Assembly: GCA_022508895.1 (NCBI GenBank)
Contig: JAFLUH010000001.1
Span: forward strand, 77,265-141,264
DNA length: 64,000 bases
Source of the DNA: Oscillospiraceae bacterium
GTDB lineage: Bacteria > Bacillota > Clostridia > Oscillospirales > Ruminococcaceae
Direction: 5' to 3'
How positions within the stretch are numbered: position 1 is the first letter of the stretch; each line of letters begins with the position of its first letter. This document shows, piece by piece, positions 1 through 8,553 of this stretch. A program made the translations under genes and the position numbers. The notes beneath the pieces were generated by a model. The model searched no databases. It worked only from the letters and a program-made list of their open reading frames with translations, and was not told where the DNA came from.

Positions 1-7
1 TCCAACG

Positions 8-55
8 ATCCTTGCTCACACCCCGATGTGTGGGCCATAAGTCTAAAAGGAGGTA
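8..55 (+). promoter_or_regulatory. S6:S18 ribosomal protein leader (autogenous translational operator of rpsF)
   Basis: CCTTGCTCA...GGGCC...AGTCTAAAAGGAGG immediately 5' of rpsF resembles the Firmicute rpsF leader as I recall it; window starts inside the UTR. Confidence 0.65.
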
Positions 56-63
56 ACTAAATT

Positions 64-357
64 ATGGCAAAGCTCGGCGAAAAGTACGAGGCAATGGTTG
101 TTTTCTCCGTGAAAAACGGCGAGGAACAGGTGCAAAGCCTTGTAACAAAGTTCACAGACCTTATCAAGGCGAACGGTGAACTGGTCAATGTTGATGAATG
201 GGGCAAGAGAAAGCTTGCTTATCCCATCAACTATGAAAATGACGGCTATTATGTAGTCTACACTTTCAGCAGTAAAACCGATTTTCCCGCAGAGTTTGAA
301 CGTATAATCAATATTACTGATGGCGTTCTTCGCTCACTTGTACTGATCAGCAAGTAA
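64..357 (+). CDS. rpsF: 30S ribosomal protein S6
   Basis: KYEAMVVF, WGKRKLAYPI, GYYVV motifs; AGGAGG RBS; rpsF-ssb-rpsR order. Confidence 0.98.
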   Translation: MAKLGEKYEAMVVFSVKNGEEQVQSLVTKFTDLIKANGELVNVDEWGKRKLAYPINYENDGYYVVYTFSSKTDFPAEFERIINITDGVLRSLVLISK

Positions 358-378
358 ATTTGACTGGAGGCTTGTGAA

Positions 379-840
379 ATGTTTAACAAAGCAGTTTTAA
401 TGGGTCGTATATGTAATGATCTCGAGCTGAAAACGATTCAGGGTGGCATAAGCGTTCTTTCTTTCCGACTTGCAGTAGATCGTTCATATCAGCCTAAAGG
501 TGAGGAAAGAAAAGCTGATTTTTTCAATATTGTGGCTTGGAGAAGCACCGCAGAATTTATCTCCCGTTATTTTGGAAAAGGAAGAATGATTCTGGTAGAA
601 GGCGAGCTTCAGACCCGTCAGTATGTTGACAAAAACGGATCCACACAGAACGTTGTTGAACTGGTGGTAAACAGTGCCTATTTCACAGGTGAGCCAAAAT
701 CCTCAGGAAACTATGGTGCATATCCGCCGCCTCCGCCTGTTTCGGGACAGGCAGCGACAGGAAATGCAGCTCCTGCTGTTTCCTCGGGAAGTACAAAAGA
801 TTTTGCAGAGACGGATTCTGATGACGGTTATCCGTTTTGA
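379..840 (+). CDS. ssb: single-stranded DNA-binding protein
   Basis: OB fold ([28 protein letters not shown]); acidic tail DSDDGYPF. Confidence 0.98.
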   Translation: MFNKAVLMGRICNDLELKTIQGGISVLSFRLAVDRSYQPKGEERKADFFNIVAWRSTAEFISRYFGKGRMILVEGELQTRQYVDKNGSTQNVVELVVNSAYFTGEPKSSGNYGAYPPPPPVSGQAATGNAAPAVSSGSTKDFAETDSDDGYPF

Positions 841-860
841 TTCTAAAGGAGGAAATTACA

Positions 861-1121
861 ATGGCTGAAAAGCATGAAGCAAATTTAGATAAGGGTGCAC
901 GTCCTGTAAAGCGTGCAAGAAAAAAGGTTTGCCAGTTCTGTGTTGACAGAGCGGAATTCATCGATTACAAGGATGTAGCAAAGCTTAAGAAGTGCATGAC
1001 TGAGCGTTCCAAGATACTGCCTCGCCGTGTTACCGGCTGCTGCGCATATCATCAGAGAGAGCTTACTGTAGCTATCAAGAGAGCAAGACAGGTCGCACTT
1101 ATCCCTTATGTAAGCGACTGA
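861..1121 (+). CDS. rpsR: 30S ribosomal protein S18 (Zn-binding form)
   Basis: [31 protein letters not shown]; start taken at ATG 861 after AAGGAGG rather than ORF-track 837. Confidence 0.97.
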   Translation: MAEKHEANLDKGARPVKRARKKVCQFCVDRAEFIDYKDVAKLKKCMTERSKILPRRVTGCCAYHQRELTVAIKRARQVALIPYVSD

Positions 1122-1138
1122 TCGTAAAATTCTATAAG

Positions 1139-1170
1139 AACAGCACAGGATCAAAACCTGTGCTGTTTTA
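1139..1170. terminator. bidirectional intrinsic terminator
   Basis: AACAGCACAGG-atcaaaa-CCTGTGCTGTT 11-bp perfect stem between convergent genes. Confidence 0.85.
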
Positions 1171-1734
1171 ATTTTTCCTTAACTTTTTATTGAATTTTGG
1201 CTTGATCCATTTTCTGAAAGCGTAGAAAATATGTCTCAAAGCGAAATCGTAAAGCAAAAACGTCACATTTGCCGCTCCCCACAGCACATACACTGCTGCA
1301 TCGCCAAAAGACTCAAGCCCTTCAAGTATCTGATCCAGATTCAATATATGCGACAGTATCCAGAATGCGATTACTATGGTAACATTGAATAATGCAAGCT
1401 TTGCCAAAAAAGCTAAAATCTTAGGGCTGATTTTTTCTATAAGCTCCTTGACCAAAGGATAAAATCCGAAAAAGAAAGCATAGTACAAATCGGCTTCTAT
1501 CTCAGGTATCAGAATAAAACACAATGCTGCAGATGCTGCATAGGAGAGAAAACCCCACTTACGGCTGATCTGTTCGGAAATTGTCCATATACACAAGCCG
1601 GAAAAAGCAGGAAGTACATACGTCATGGACGGGATAAGTGCTGCCAGCATAATTATCACGCTGAAAGCGACCATTATACCGCAGTAGGCGATATTAAAGC
1701 TCAGAGATGAGCGACTGCTCATATTGACTATCAC
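1168..1734 (-). CDS. conserved hypothetical multi-pass membrane protein
   Basis: 188 aa, about 5 hydrophobic segments, FFGFYPLVK motif; follows tyrA on the same strand. Confidence 0.75.
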   Translation of the reverse strand: MIVNMSSRSSLSFNIAYCGIMVAFSVIIMLAALIPSMTYVLPAFSGLCIWTISEQISRKWGFLSYAASAALCFILIPEIEADLYYAFFFGFYPLVKELIEKISPKILAFLAKLALFNVTIVIAFWILSHILNLDQILEGLESFGDAAVYVLWGAANVTFLLYDFALRHIFYAFRKWIKPKFNKKLRKN

Positions 1735-1749
1735 ACTCCTTTTGTGAAG

Positions 1750-2598
1750 TTATTGTTTTCCGTACATATCCGTGCATTTTTCTTTAAGAACTCGTCCGTT
1801 CTTGAGCAGATCATGAAGCAGCTCATGATCATCTGATGAAATTGCGTCTCTGTATTCGGAAATACTTGTAATGATATGATTCAGCTCGTTGAGCAATGCC
1901 TCCTTGTTACACATAAAAAGGCTTGTCCACATATCCTCGTTCAGCTTTGCAACTCTTGTGAGATCCATGAAGCTGCCGGCAGAAAAGCCGTTGAATTCAA
2001 GAACCGAAGGACTTTTAACGTAAGCATTTGAAACAATATGTGCAAGCTGAGAGGTGTATGCTATTACCTGATCGTGCTTTTCAGGCGTGGAGATCACAAC
2101 TTTGTTGAAGCCTATGCTACCTGCAAGGGTCGAAAGCAGATCTATTGCGATTTGAGGCGTTTTTTCGCTTGGAGTTATGATAAAGCTTGCATTATCAAAA
2201 AGATCGTCAGTGGAGTAATCAAAACCACTGAATTCTCTGCCGGCCATAGGATGAGTTCCCACAAACAGTACATCACGCTTTTCCAGAAGGGGAGTGCATT
2301 TGTCAACTATTACCTTTTTAACGCCGCAGGTGTCGATAACGATACTGCCTTTTTTAAAATTATCTGCATTATTCCGTACAAATTCACAAATTGCTTCCGG
2401 ATAAAGGCATATTACAGTGAGATTAGCTTCATCAAGCCTTTCTGCAGTTATTTCTTCATCTATTGCATTTTGATCAACAGCTTTTTTAACTGTAGCTTTA
2501 TCCATATCAAGACCCATTATATGATGAAAGGTATGCTTTTTAAGGCTTTTGCATATACTTCCGCCGATAAGTCCAAGTCCGATGACAGCAATATTCAT
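1750..2598 (-). CDS. tyrA: prephenate dehydrogenase
   Basis: GLGLIGGS Rossmann motif, GTHPMAG, HDQVIAYTSQLAH; start at MNIAV after GAAAGGA. Confidence 0.93.
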   Translation of the reverse strand: MNIAVIGLGLIGGSICKSLKKHTFHHIMGLDMDKATVKKAVDQNAIDEEITAERLDEANLTVICLYPEAICEFVRNNADNFKKGSIVIDTCGVKKVIVDKCTPLLEKRDVLFVGTHPMAGREFSGFDYSTDDLFDNASFIITPSEKTPQIAIDLLSTLAGSIGFNKVVISTPEKHDQVIAYTSQLAHIVSNAYVKSPSVLEFNGFSAGSFMDLTRVAKLNEDMWTSLFMCNKEALLNELNHIITSISEYRDAISSDDHELLHDLLKNGRVLKEKCTDMYGKQ

Positions 2599-2623
2599 TT
2601 TGATGTATCCTTTCACTTAACGA

Positions 2624-2660
2624 AAAATAACAGACAGCATTTCTTGCTGTCTGTTATTTT
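2624..2660 (-). terminator. intrinsic terminator after sigG
   Basis: 16-bp perfect inverted repeat AAAATAACAGACAGCA / TGCTGTCTGTTATTTT. Confidence 0.85.
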
Positions 2661-2684
2661 AACATATTTTATACAAAATGTCTA
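2656..2684 (-). promoter_or_regulatory. putative sigma-A promoter for tyrA overlapping the sigG stop and terminator
   Basis: minus strand TAGACA-N17-TAAAAT with TG at the extended -10 position. Confidence 0.55.
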
Positions 2685-3452
2685 TATCTGACTTTTAATT
2701 TTATTCAATGCTCCCTTTTCAAGTCTTGAAACCTGTGCCTGACTTATCCCAATTTCATTCGCCACCTCTACCTGCGTCTTTCCCTGAAAAAAACGAAGAT
2801 TTAGTATTTTCTTTTCCCTCTGTCCGAGATTAAGGATAGCGTCCTTTAATGCAATTTCATTGAGCCAGTTTATGTCATTGTTTTTGTCTCCTACCTGATC
2901 CATAACATACACTGTGTCCCCCGACTCGGAAAATATGGGCTCGTAAAGTGAAACAGGTTCACTGATAGCCTCCAGTGCAACCACAACATCCTGTGTTTTT
3001 GCATCTATTTCTTTAGCTATCTCATCAATGGTGGGTTCAGCGGAAGCCTGACTTGTCAGCTTTTCCTTTGCCTGCATTGCCTTATAGGCAAGGTCTCTGA
3101 GAGATCTTGATATTCTCATGGAGCTGTTGTCCCTCAAAAAACGTCGTATCTCTCCGATTATCATAGGAACTGCATAAGTACTGAAACGCACATTCAGCGA
3201 AAGGTCAAAGTTGTCTATTGCTTTGATAAGTCCGATCACTCCGACCTGAAAAAGATCGTCAGGATTTTCTCCACGACCCGAAAAGCGCTGTATAACGCTG
3301 AGTACAAGGCGCAAATTGCCGTTTATAAGCTCTTCGCGGGCTTTTTCATCTCCATTTTGTATTTTTTTCAGCAGCTCAGTTTTTTCACTTTCTTTCAGAA
3401 CTTTCAGTTTAGAAGTGTTTACACCGCTGATTTCGACCTTGTTATAATACAA
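2682..3452 (-). CDS. sigG: RNA polymerase sporulation sigma factor G
   Basis: N-terminus YNKVEISGVNTSKLKVL, GNLRLVLSVIQRF, FSTYAVPMIIGEIRR; TTG start; directly downstream of sigE. Confidence 0.97.
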   Translation of the reverse strand: MYYNKVEISGVNTSKLKVLKESEKTELLKKIQNGDEKAREELINGNLRLVLSVIQRFSGRGENPDDLFQVGVIGLIKAIDNFDLSLNVRFSTYAVPMIIGEIRRFLRDNSSMRISRSLRDLAYKAMQAKEKLTSQASAEPTIDEIAKEIDAKTQDVVVALEAISEPVSLYEPIFSESGDTVYVMDQVGDKNNDINWLNEIALKDAILNLGQREKKILNLRFFQGKTQVEVANEIGISQAQVSRLEKGALNKIKSQI

Positions 3453-3495
3453 AATAGATCACCCCTGCCTGTTTTCTAAGAACGCATTCTACGAA

Positions 3496-3525
3496 AAGTA
3501 TGGGCAGGGTATTTTTTCTTTATTC
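3496..3525 (-). promoter_or_regulatory. putative sigma-F/sigma-G promoter of sigG
   Basis: minus strand GAATA-N18-CATACTT, close to the sigma-G consensus GYATA-N17/18-CATWMTA. Confidence 0.6.
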
Positions 3526-3553
3526 TTGGTATTTTTTTCTAACAGTGTGAAAT

Positions 3554-4264
3554 TTAGTTACAAAGACGTTCCAGATCCTTTTTCAGACGCTTTATTATCT
3601 TTTTTTCAAGTCTTGATATATAGCTCTGAGATATCCCTATCTCATCTGCTACTTCCTTCTGTGTCATCTCCTTTCCGTTTTTCAGCCCGAATCTCATTTC
3701 CATGATCCTTTTTTCCCGTTCCGGCAGAGCAGAAACAAGCTCTCTCAACAGCTCATGCTCCACCTCATTTTCAATATTGACATTCACTATATCATTTTCA
3801 GTCCCCAAAACATCTGACAGAAGCAGCTCGTTACCGTCCCAGTCCACATTCAGCGGCTCATCTATTGAGATTTCATGCTTATATTGATTGGATTTTCTTA
3901 GAAACATCAATATTTCATTTTCTATACATCTGCTCGCATAGGTGGCGAGCTTTATATTTTTTTCTTTGCTGAAGGTGTTTACGGCTTTAATAAGTCCTAT
4001 GGTGCCGATTGAAATAAGATCCTCCAGTCCTATTCCCGTAGACTCAAATTTTTTCGCTATATAAACAACAAGCCTGAGATTATGTACTATGAGAGCTTCT
4101 CTTGCTTTGTCAAAGTCTGTGTCCATAAGATCAAACACTTCTTTTTCTTCTTCTTTAGTGAGAGGCGGCGGCAGGGTATCCGAGCCGTTGATATAAAGCA
4201 CGGTGCCTGTGTTCTTGATTTTTATCTTTATCAGTATTTTTTCTAATAAAATTCGTGGATTCAT
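3554..4264 (-). CDS. sigE: RNA polymerase sporulation sigma factor E (pro-sigE)
   Basis: pro-sequence then [42 protein letters not shown]; follows spoIIGA. Confidence 0.97.
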   Translation of the reverse strand: MNPRILLEKILIKIKIKNTGTVLYINGSDTLPPPLTKEEEKEVFDLMDTDFDKAREALIVHNLRLVVYIAKKFESTGIGLEDLISIGTIGLIKAVNTFSKEKNIKLATYASRCIENEILMFLRKSNQYKHEISIDEPLNVDWDGNELLLSDVLGTENDIVNVNIENEVEHELLRELVSALPEREKRIMEMRFGLKNGKEMTQKEVADEIGISQSYISRLEKKIIKRLKKDLERLCN

Positions 4265-4291
4265 GGTTTTGTCTCATATCCTTTCGTATTA

Positions 4292-5137
4292 TTACAGCAG
4301 ATTTGGATTGAATATCGCTCCAAACTCATTTTTAATGCCATTTTTTGTAAAGCCTATCAGGGCGTTTACTTCCTTCTTATTCTGACCGTCAATAATTATC
4401 AGTTTATTAGGCTTGAAACATACTGCCAAAGTGTCTCCTGAAACCGTTGAACAGGGAATAAGCCTTATGCCTCGTAAAGATGCACTTTTTTCGTTCATAT
4501 CATCGAGATATGTGAAAATATCTTGCGGACATATATCCGAACAGCATTTTATATCGCAGAATATAACAGGCAGTCCTGTCAAAAAGTCAGTCAACTTGTT
4601 TCCGCTGTCAGGCATTGCGGTAAGTGTGACCTTGCCAATAGAGGTGACGATTTCTATCTGATATTTTTTGTCAAGATCCGACTTTGAATCCAGCACCCGA
4701 CGTATGATCAACAGAATTACATATGATATTGATGTGGACAGTATAACTGCCCAGAATGGAATATCCAGATAAGACACTCCGTTGTTGTAAATCATTCCCA
4801 TCGGAGCGCAAAACAGCCACAGTGCCAGCATTATTCCCGCATATATGCAGTTGATGATAATAAACACCGCCGAGCTTTTAATAAATGTACGGATATTGCC
4901 AAAGCCCAGTGATGCAAATGTGATGATCAAAGAAACTGCTATTTTAAGAGCGATATTCAGTATCAACGGTAATGCAGGCAAAAATATCATCAGAGAAGAC
5001 AACATTCCTGCAATGCTGCCAAGTATACGCCTTGAAGCTGATATTTTTCGGTGCAGAATGCAGCAGGCTCCAACTATTAAGAAATATGTAACATAAAAGT
5101 TCAGCAGCAAAAGAATGTCTATATAAATTACCCGCAT
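4292..5137 (-). CDS. spoIIGA: sigma-E processing aspartic peptidase SpoIIGA
   Basis: VIYIDILLLLNF N-terminus, 5 TM segments, DSGNKL catalytic motif; ATG 5137 after GGTGAT. Confidence 0.93.
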   Translation of the reverse strand: MRVIYIDILLLLNFYVTYFLIVGACCILHRKISASRRILGSIAGMLSSLMIFLPALPLILNIALKIAVSLIITFASLGFGNIRTFIKSSAVFIIINCIYAGIMLALWLFCAPMGMIYNNGVSYLDIPFWAVILSTSISYVILLIIRRVLDSKSDLDKKYQIEIVTSIGKVTLTAMPDSGNKLTDFLTGLPVIFCDIKCCSDICPQDIFTYLDDMNEKSASLRGIRLIPCSTVSGDTLAVCFKPNKLIIIDGQNKKEVNALIGFTKNGIKNEFGAIFNPNLL

Positions 5138-5152
5138 TTGATCACCGATATA

Positions 5153-5371
5153 ATTATAGCAAAAAATGAGCATGAAGCGAAGCGGAATGCGATTCCTCTA
5201 AAGGATAAAATAATCTTAAACATTAAAATCAATTGTTCCTCTTTACTTCGTTTAAGATTATTATAGCAAAGAAGAGCATGAAGCGAAGCGGAATGCGATT
5301 CCTCTAAAGGATAAAATAATCTTAAACATTAAAATCAATTGTTCCTCTTTACTTCGTTTAAGATTATTATA
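5153..5371 (-). repeat. tandem pair of a 106/107-bp element bounded by TATAAT; candidate miniature mobile element
   Basis: 5168-5265 is identical to 5274-5371 (98 bp); ATTATA (TATAAT on minus) at 5153, 5260 and 5366; homologous to 48250-48362. Confidence 0.92.
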
Positions 5372-5399
5372 ATACTTTAAGGTGGAAAAAAATGTCGAA
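5366..5399 (-). promoter_or_regulatory. Spo0A-dependent sigma-A promoter of the spoIIG operon
   Basis: TATAAT (minus, 5366-5371) and a perfect 0A box TGTCGAA at 5393-5399, in reverse orientation and 21 nt away, as in the Bacillus spoIIG promoter. Confidence 0.7.
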
Positions 5400-5552
5400 G
5401 CTGCACCCTATGAAAAATTAGTTTGTCTGTTGTTTGAATTTCACAGAAGCGCCTTATTTATAAGGTTATAATCCTGTCCGTGATGAATAAAGATGTATAA
5501 GGCAACCCTGCACAATGCAGTGTTGCCTAAATATCTCGGAAAGGACAATGAA

Positions 5553-7217
5553 ATGAAAAGAAAAAGCAGTTTTTTCAGGAATACCCTTATATTGTTCGTT
5601 GCGATGTTTATTACTAAAATAATAGGCGCAGTTTTGCGAATACCACTGACAAATATGTTGGGCGGTGTAGGAATGGGGTATTTTTCGACTGCATATAGTT
5701 TTTTTAATCCGGTTTATACCGTTCTTGCTGCCGGGCTTCCCATAATTGTCACAAAACTTACAGCCCAGAGTGTTTCCTGCAAAAAATATAAAGAAACACG
5801 AAAGATAAAAAATGCAGCTCTTATTATCTCTTTAGGGGCAGGCCTGTTGGGAACCGTTTTTATGCTTGTGTTTGCGGCTCCATTCGCAAATTTTGCCGCA
5901 AGCTCTCCGGAAAGCCTTTGGTCGGTATTGGCAATTGCTCCTTCTGTGATTTTTTGCTGTCTTGCTGCAGCTTACAGGGGATATTATGAGGGACTGAGCA
6001 ATATGATGCCAACTGCTGTTTCACAGGTTGTAGAATCGGTTATAAAAGCGGCGATGGGTTTGGGCTTGTCGTATGTTGTACTGCATTTAGGGGCACAGGG
6101 GATTATCTCACAGGAAAAAACGCTGCCTTATGCTGCTGCTGCCGCTGTATTGGGCGTTACCTTCGGTGAATTTTGCGGAACATTGTTTCTTATAATACGC
6201 AGCAGGTTCCTTAAGGATTCTATCACTGAATATGAGTTGAAACTAAGCATTGAACCGCCGCGCACAAGGGAATTGATAAGGAAAATAATCATTGAGTCTA
6301 TTCCTATTTCCTTAGGTGCAGTGGTTATAAACATAGGATCGTTTATAGATCTTCTCACTATATCTTTCGGTATACAGAAAAGCTTATACGAGAATCAAAC
6401 TTATTTTATTGAGCAATATCCCATGGCGATATCGGAGGCAGGTGCCGATCTTTTTGGAAATTTTGTTTACGGAAGCTATACAGGTATTGTGTTGTCGATT
6501 TTTATGATAATTACGTCTATGACTGCACTTGTAGGGAAAAGCTCTTTGCCAAGTATTGCTGCTGCCTGTGAATGTGGACGAAGCGGGGAAGTAGAACGTC
6601 ATGTCAGTATTTTGCTTGGCAGCATTTTTGTGATAGGTATGCCGCTGTGTTTTTCGCTGAGCGTATTATCCGAGCCTGTTTTAATGCTGTTATATCCCGT
6701 CCGCATGGCGGAGGTCAGCGTAAGTACTCTGCCGCTTTCTGTGCTGTGCATCGGAGGCGTTCCAATAGCATTATGCGGAGCTCTTTTTTCTGTTTTTCAG
6801 GCGGTAGGCCGTTCGGATCTCCCCATAAAGCTGATGATGGCCGGTTCTGCGCTGAAGCTTGTGCTGAATCTGATTTTGCTTAATATTCCTCAGCTGTCGC
6901 TTTGCGGAGCGGCTATCTCAACAGTGTCCTCCCACATTTTGGTCATGATGCTTGGAATAAGCTTATTGCGTAATTCCTTGGGAATAAAATGCAGAATATT
7001 TTCTCTGTTTATTAGACCTGCTTTTGCTTCCCTGGTCTGTGCCGCTGCTGCCGTATTTTCTTACTATTACATGTTTGATAATCTCCATTCCGTTATAAGA
7101 ATGGGTCTCACTGTCATAGCGGGAGGAGCCGTTTACATAATTCTCCTTCTTTTGTTAGACAAAAAAATGGTTGATTTGATCATTGGACGTGGGGTCAAAA
7201 AAACTGCAGACGGTTGA
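5553..7217 (+). CDS. spoVB: SpoVB/MurJ-like MOP-family lipid II flippase (polysaccharide biosynthesis protein)
   Basis: TKIIGAVLRIPLTNMLGGVGMGY, AYRGYYEGLSNMMPTAVSQVVE motifs; about 14 TM; start at 5553 after GGAAAGGA. Confidence 0.8.
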   Translation: MKRKSSFFRNTLILFVAMFITKIIGAVLRIPLTNMLGGVGMGYFSTAYSFFNPVYTVLAAGLPIIVTKLTAQSVSCKKYKETRKIKNAALIISLGAGLLGTVFMLVFAAPFANFAASSPESLWSVLAIAPSVIFCCLAAAYRGYYEGLSNMMPTAVSQVVESVIKAAMGLGLSYVVLHLGAQGIISQEKTLPYAAAAAVLGVTFGEFCGTLFLIIRSRFLKDSITEYELKLSIEPPRTRELIRKIIIESIPISLGAVVINIGSFIDLLTISFGIQKSLYENQTYFIEQYPMAISEAGADLFGNFVYGSYTGIVLSIFMIITSMTALVGKSSLPSIAAACECGRSGEVERHVSILLGSIFVIGMPLCFSLSVLSEPVLMLLYPVRMAEVSVSTLPLSVLCIGGVPIALCGALFSVFQAVGRSDLPIKLMMAGSALKLVLNLILLNIPQLSLCGAAISTVSSHILVMMLGISLLRNSLGIKCRIFSLFIRPAFASLVCAAAAVFSYYYMFDNLHSVIRMGLTVIAGGAVYIILLLLLDKKMVDLIIGRGVKKTADG

Positions 7218-7233
7218 CGCCTGTTTTATATTC

Positions 7234-7268
7234 AAGCCTGCTCCTCAATTGTAGGGGTGGGCTTTTTT
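7234..7268 (+). terminator. intrinsic terminator
   Basis: AAGCCTGCTCCT / AGGGGTGGGCTT stem followed by a T run. Confidence 0.75.
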
Positions 7269-7298
7269 GTTATATCAGAACTTATTCAATAAAAATTC

Positions 7299-7327
7299 TT
7301 GCAAAAATTGCGCTTATATGCTATAAT
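7299..7327 (+). promoter_or_regulatory. sigma-A promoter of ruvCAB
   Basis: TTGCAA-N17-TATAAT with extended TG. Confidence 0.7.
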
Positions 7328-7375
7328 AAATTGTTATAATAGAAAAGCTATGTTCTATAGGAAATAACATGTAAA

Positions 7376-7873
7376 ATGAGAATTATAGGAATTGACCCCG
7401 GATATGCCATTGTGGGCTTTGGTGTTATCGAATACGAAAAAAGCCGATTTACCACAATAAACTATGGCGCAATAACCACACCTGCGGGAATAGACTTCAA
7501 CCGAAGACTGGAAATAATCTACGCAGATACCTGTCAGGTGCTTGACAGTTACAAGCCGGAAAGCCTTGCTATTGAGAAGCTGTACTTTCAAAATAATCAA
7601 AAAACTGCAATAGATGTTGCAGAAGCAAGGGGAGTCATTCTTCTTGCCGCTGCACAGCGCCATATTGAGATACATGAGTATACGCCTTTGGAAGTAAAAA
7701 AGTCCATCACAGGTTATGGAAAGGCAGTAAAAAAACAGGTTCAGGAAATGACCAGACGCGTGCTGCATTTGAATGAGATACCCAAGCCTGACGATACGGC
7801 GGACGCACTTGCCATAGCTGTCTGTCATGCACATACAGGAAGCTCAATGCTGTCGGCATACGGCAAACGCTGA
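7376..7873 (+). CDS. ruvC: Holliday junction resolvase RuvC
   Basis: IIGIDPG, AIEKLYF, KPDDTADALAIAVCHA. Confidence 0.98.
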   Translation: MRIIGIDPGYAIVGFGVIEYEKSRFTTINYGAITTPAGIDFNRRLEIIYADTCQVLDSYKPESLAIEKLYFQNNQKTAIDVAEARGVILLAAAQRHIEIHEYTPLEVKKSITGYGKAVKKQVQEMTRRVLHLNEIPKPDDTADALAIAVCHAHTGSSMLSAYGKR

Positions 7874-7884
7874 AAGGAAGAAAA

Positions 7885-8484
7885 ATGATCTACAGTTTAA
7901 ACGGTGAAGTAACTCACCTTGAACAAAATTTGATAGTTGTTGAGTGCGCAGGAGTGGGATATGCCTGCCGATCCACATCTACGGCTGTGTCAAGAGCCGT
8001 TATGGGCGAAAAAATAAAGCTGTATACATATCTTAATATCCGTGAGGATGCGGCGGAGCTTTTCGGCTTTTCCGATGAAAGCGAGCTGAATTGTTTTAAA
8101 ATGCTGCTTTCTGTTTCAGGCGTAGGACCAAAGGTAGCTATCGCTATACTGTCCGATCTGAAGCCGCAGGAATTTGCTTTGGCTGTGGTAAATGACGACA
8201 GCAAGGCCATAACTCGTGCTCAGGGAGTAGGCTCAAAGCTTGCACAGAGAATAATCCTGGAGCTTAAAGACAAGCTTAAAAAGGACGGCTCCTTTGCTTC
8301 AGCGGATATCCCCAGAATAGATCTGAGTGCCACTGCAAGCAATGCAGTTTCTGAAGCGTTGACCGCTCTTATGGTATTGGGTTTCAGCAATTCACAGGCA
8401 CAAAAAGCTTTGTCAGGTCTGTCGGAAGAGCTTTCGATACAGGAGCTTGTCAAGGAAGGCTTAAAACGCCTTTCGGGGAAATAA
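7885..8484 (+). CDS. ruvA: Holliday junction branch migration protein RuvA
   Basis: VVECAGVGY, LYTYLNIREDA, SVSGVGPK HhH, C-terminal ALMVLGF. Confidence 0.98.
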   Translation: MIYSLNGEVTHLEQNLIVVECAGVGYACRSTSTAVSRAVMGEKIKLYTYLNIREDAAELFGFSDESELNCFKMLLSVSGVGPKVAIAILSDLKPQEFALAVVNDDSKAITRAQGVGSKLAQRIILELKDKLKKDGSFASADIPRIDLSATASNAVSEALTALMVLGFSNSQAQKALSGLSEELSIQELVKEGLKRLSGK

Positions 8485-8553
8485 GAACTTGTTCTGCAAG
8501 AAATTTGACGAATAAAAATTTTTTAGTTGGAATAATCTGAAAGGGATGATCAA

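Noticed and set aside
720-840. SSB with a PPPPP linker and DDGYPF tail as a novel variant
   Set aside because: Pro/Gly-rich disordered linkers and minor tail variation are normal for SSB.
2038-2691. 217-aa plus-strand ORF
   Set aside because: Antisense shadow of tyrA; no RBS or recognisable motif.
5153-5371. Possible CRISPR array or degenerate repeat-spacer
   Set aside because: Units are 106-107 bp, contiguous and near-identical with no unique spacers; no cas genes in the window.
7270-7375. LexA (GAAC-N4-GTTC) boxes before ruvC, ruvB or uvrB
   Set aside because: Only partial matches with wrong spacing (e.g. AGAACTTGTTCT near 8485); not supportable.
7376-7873. RuvC as a TnpB or Cas nuclease fragment
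   Set aside because: Canonical 165-aa resolvase inside an intact ruvC-ruvA-ruvB operon.
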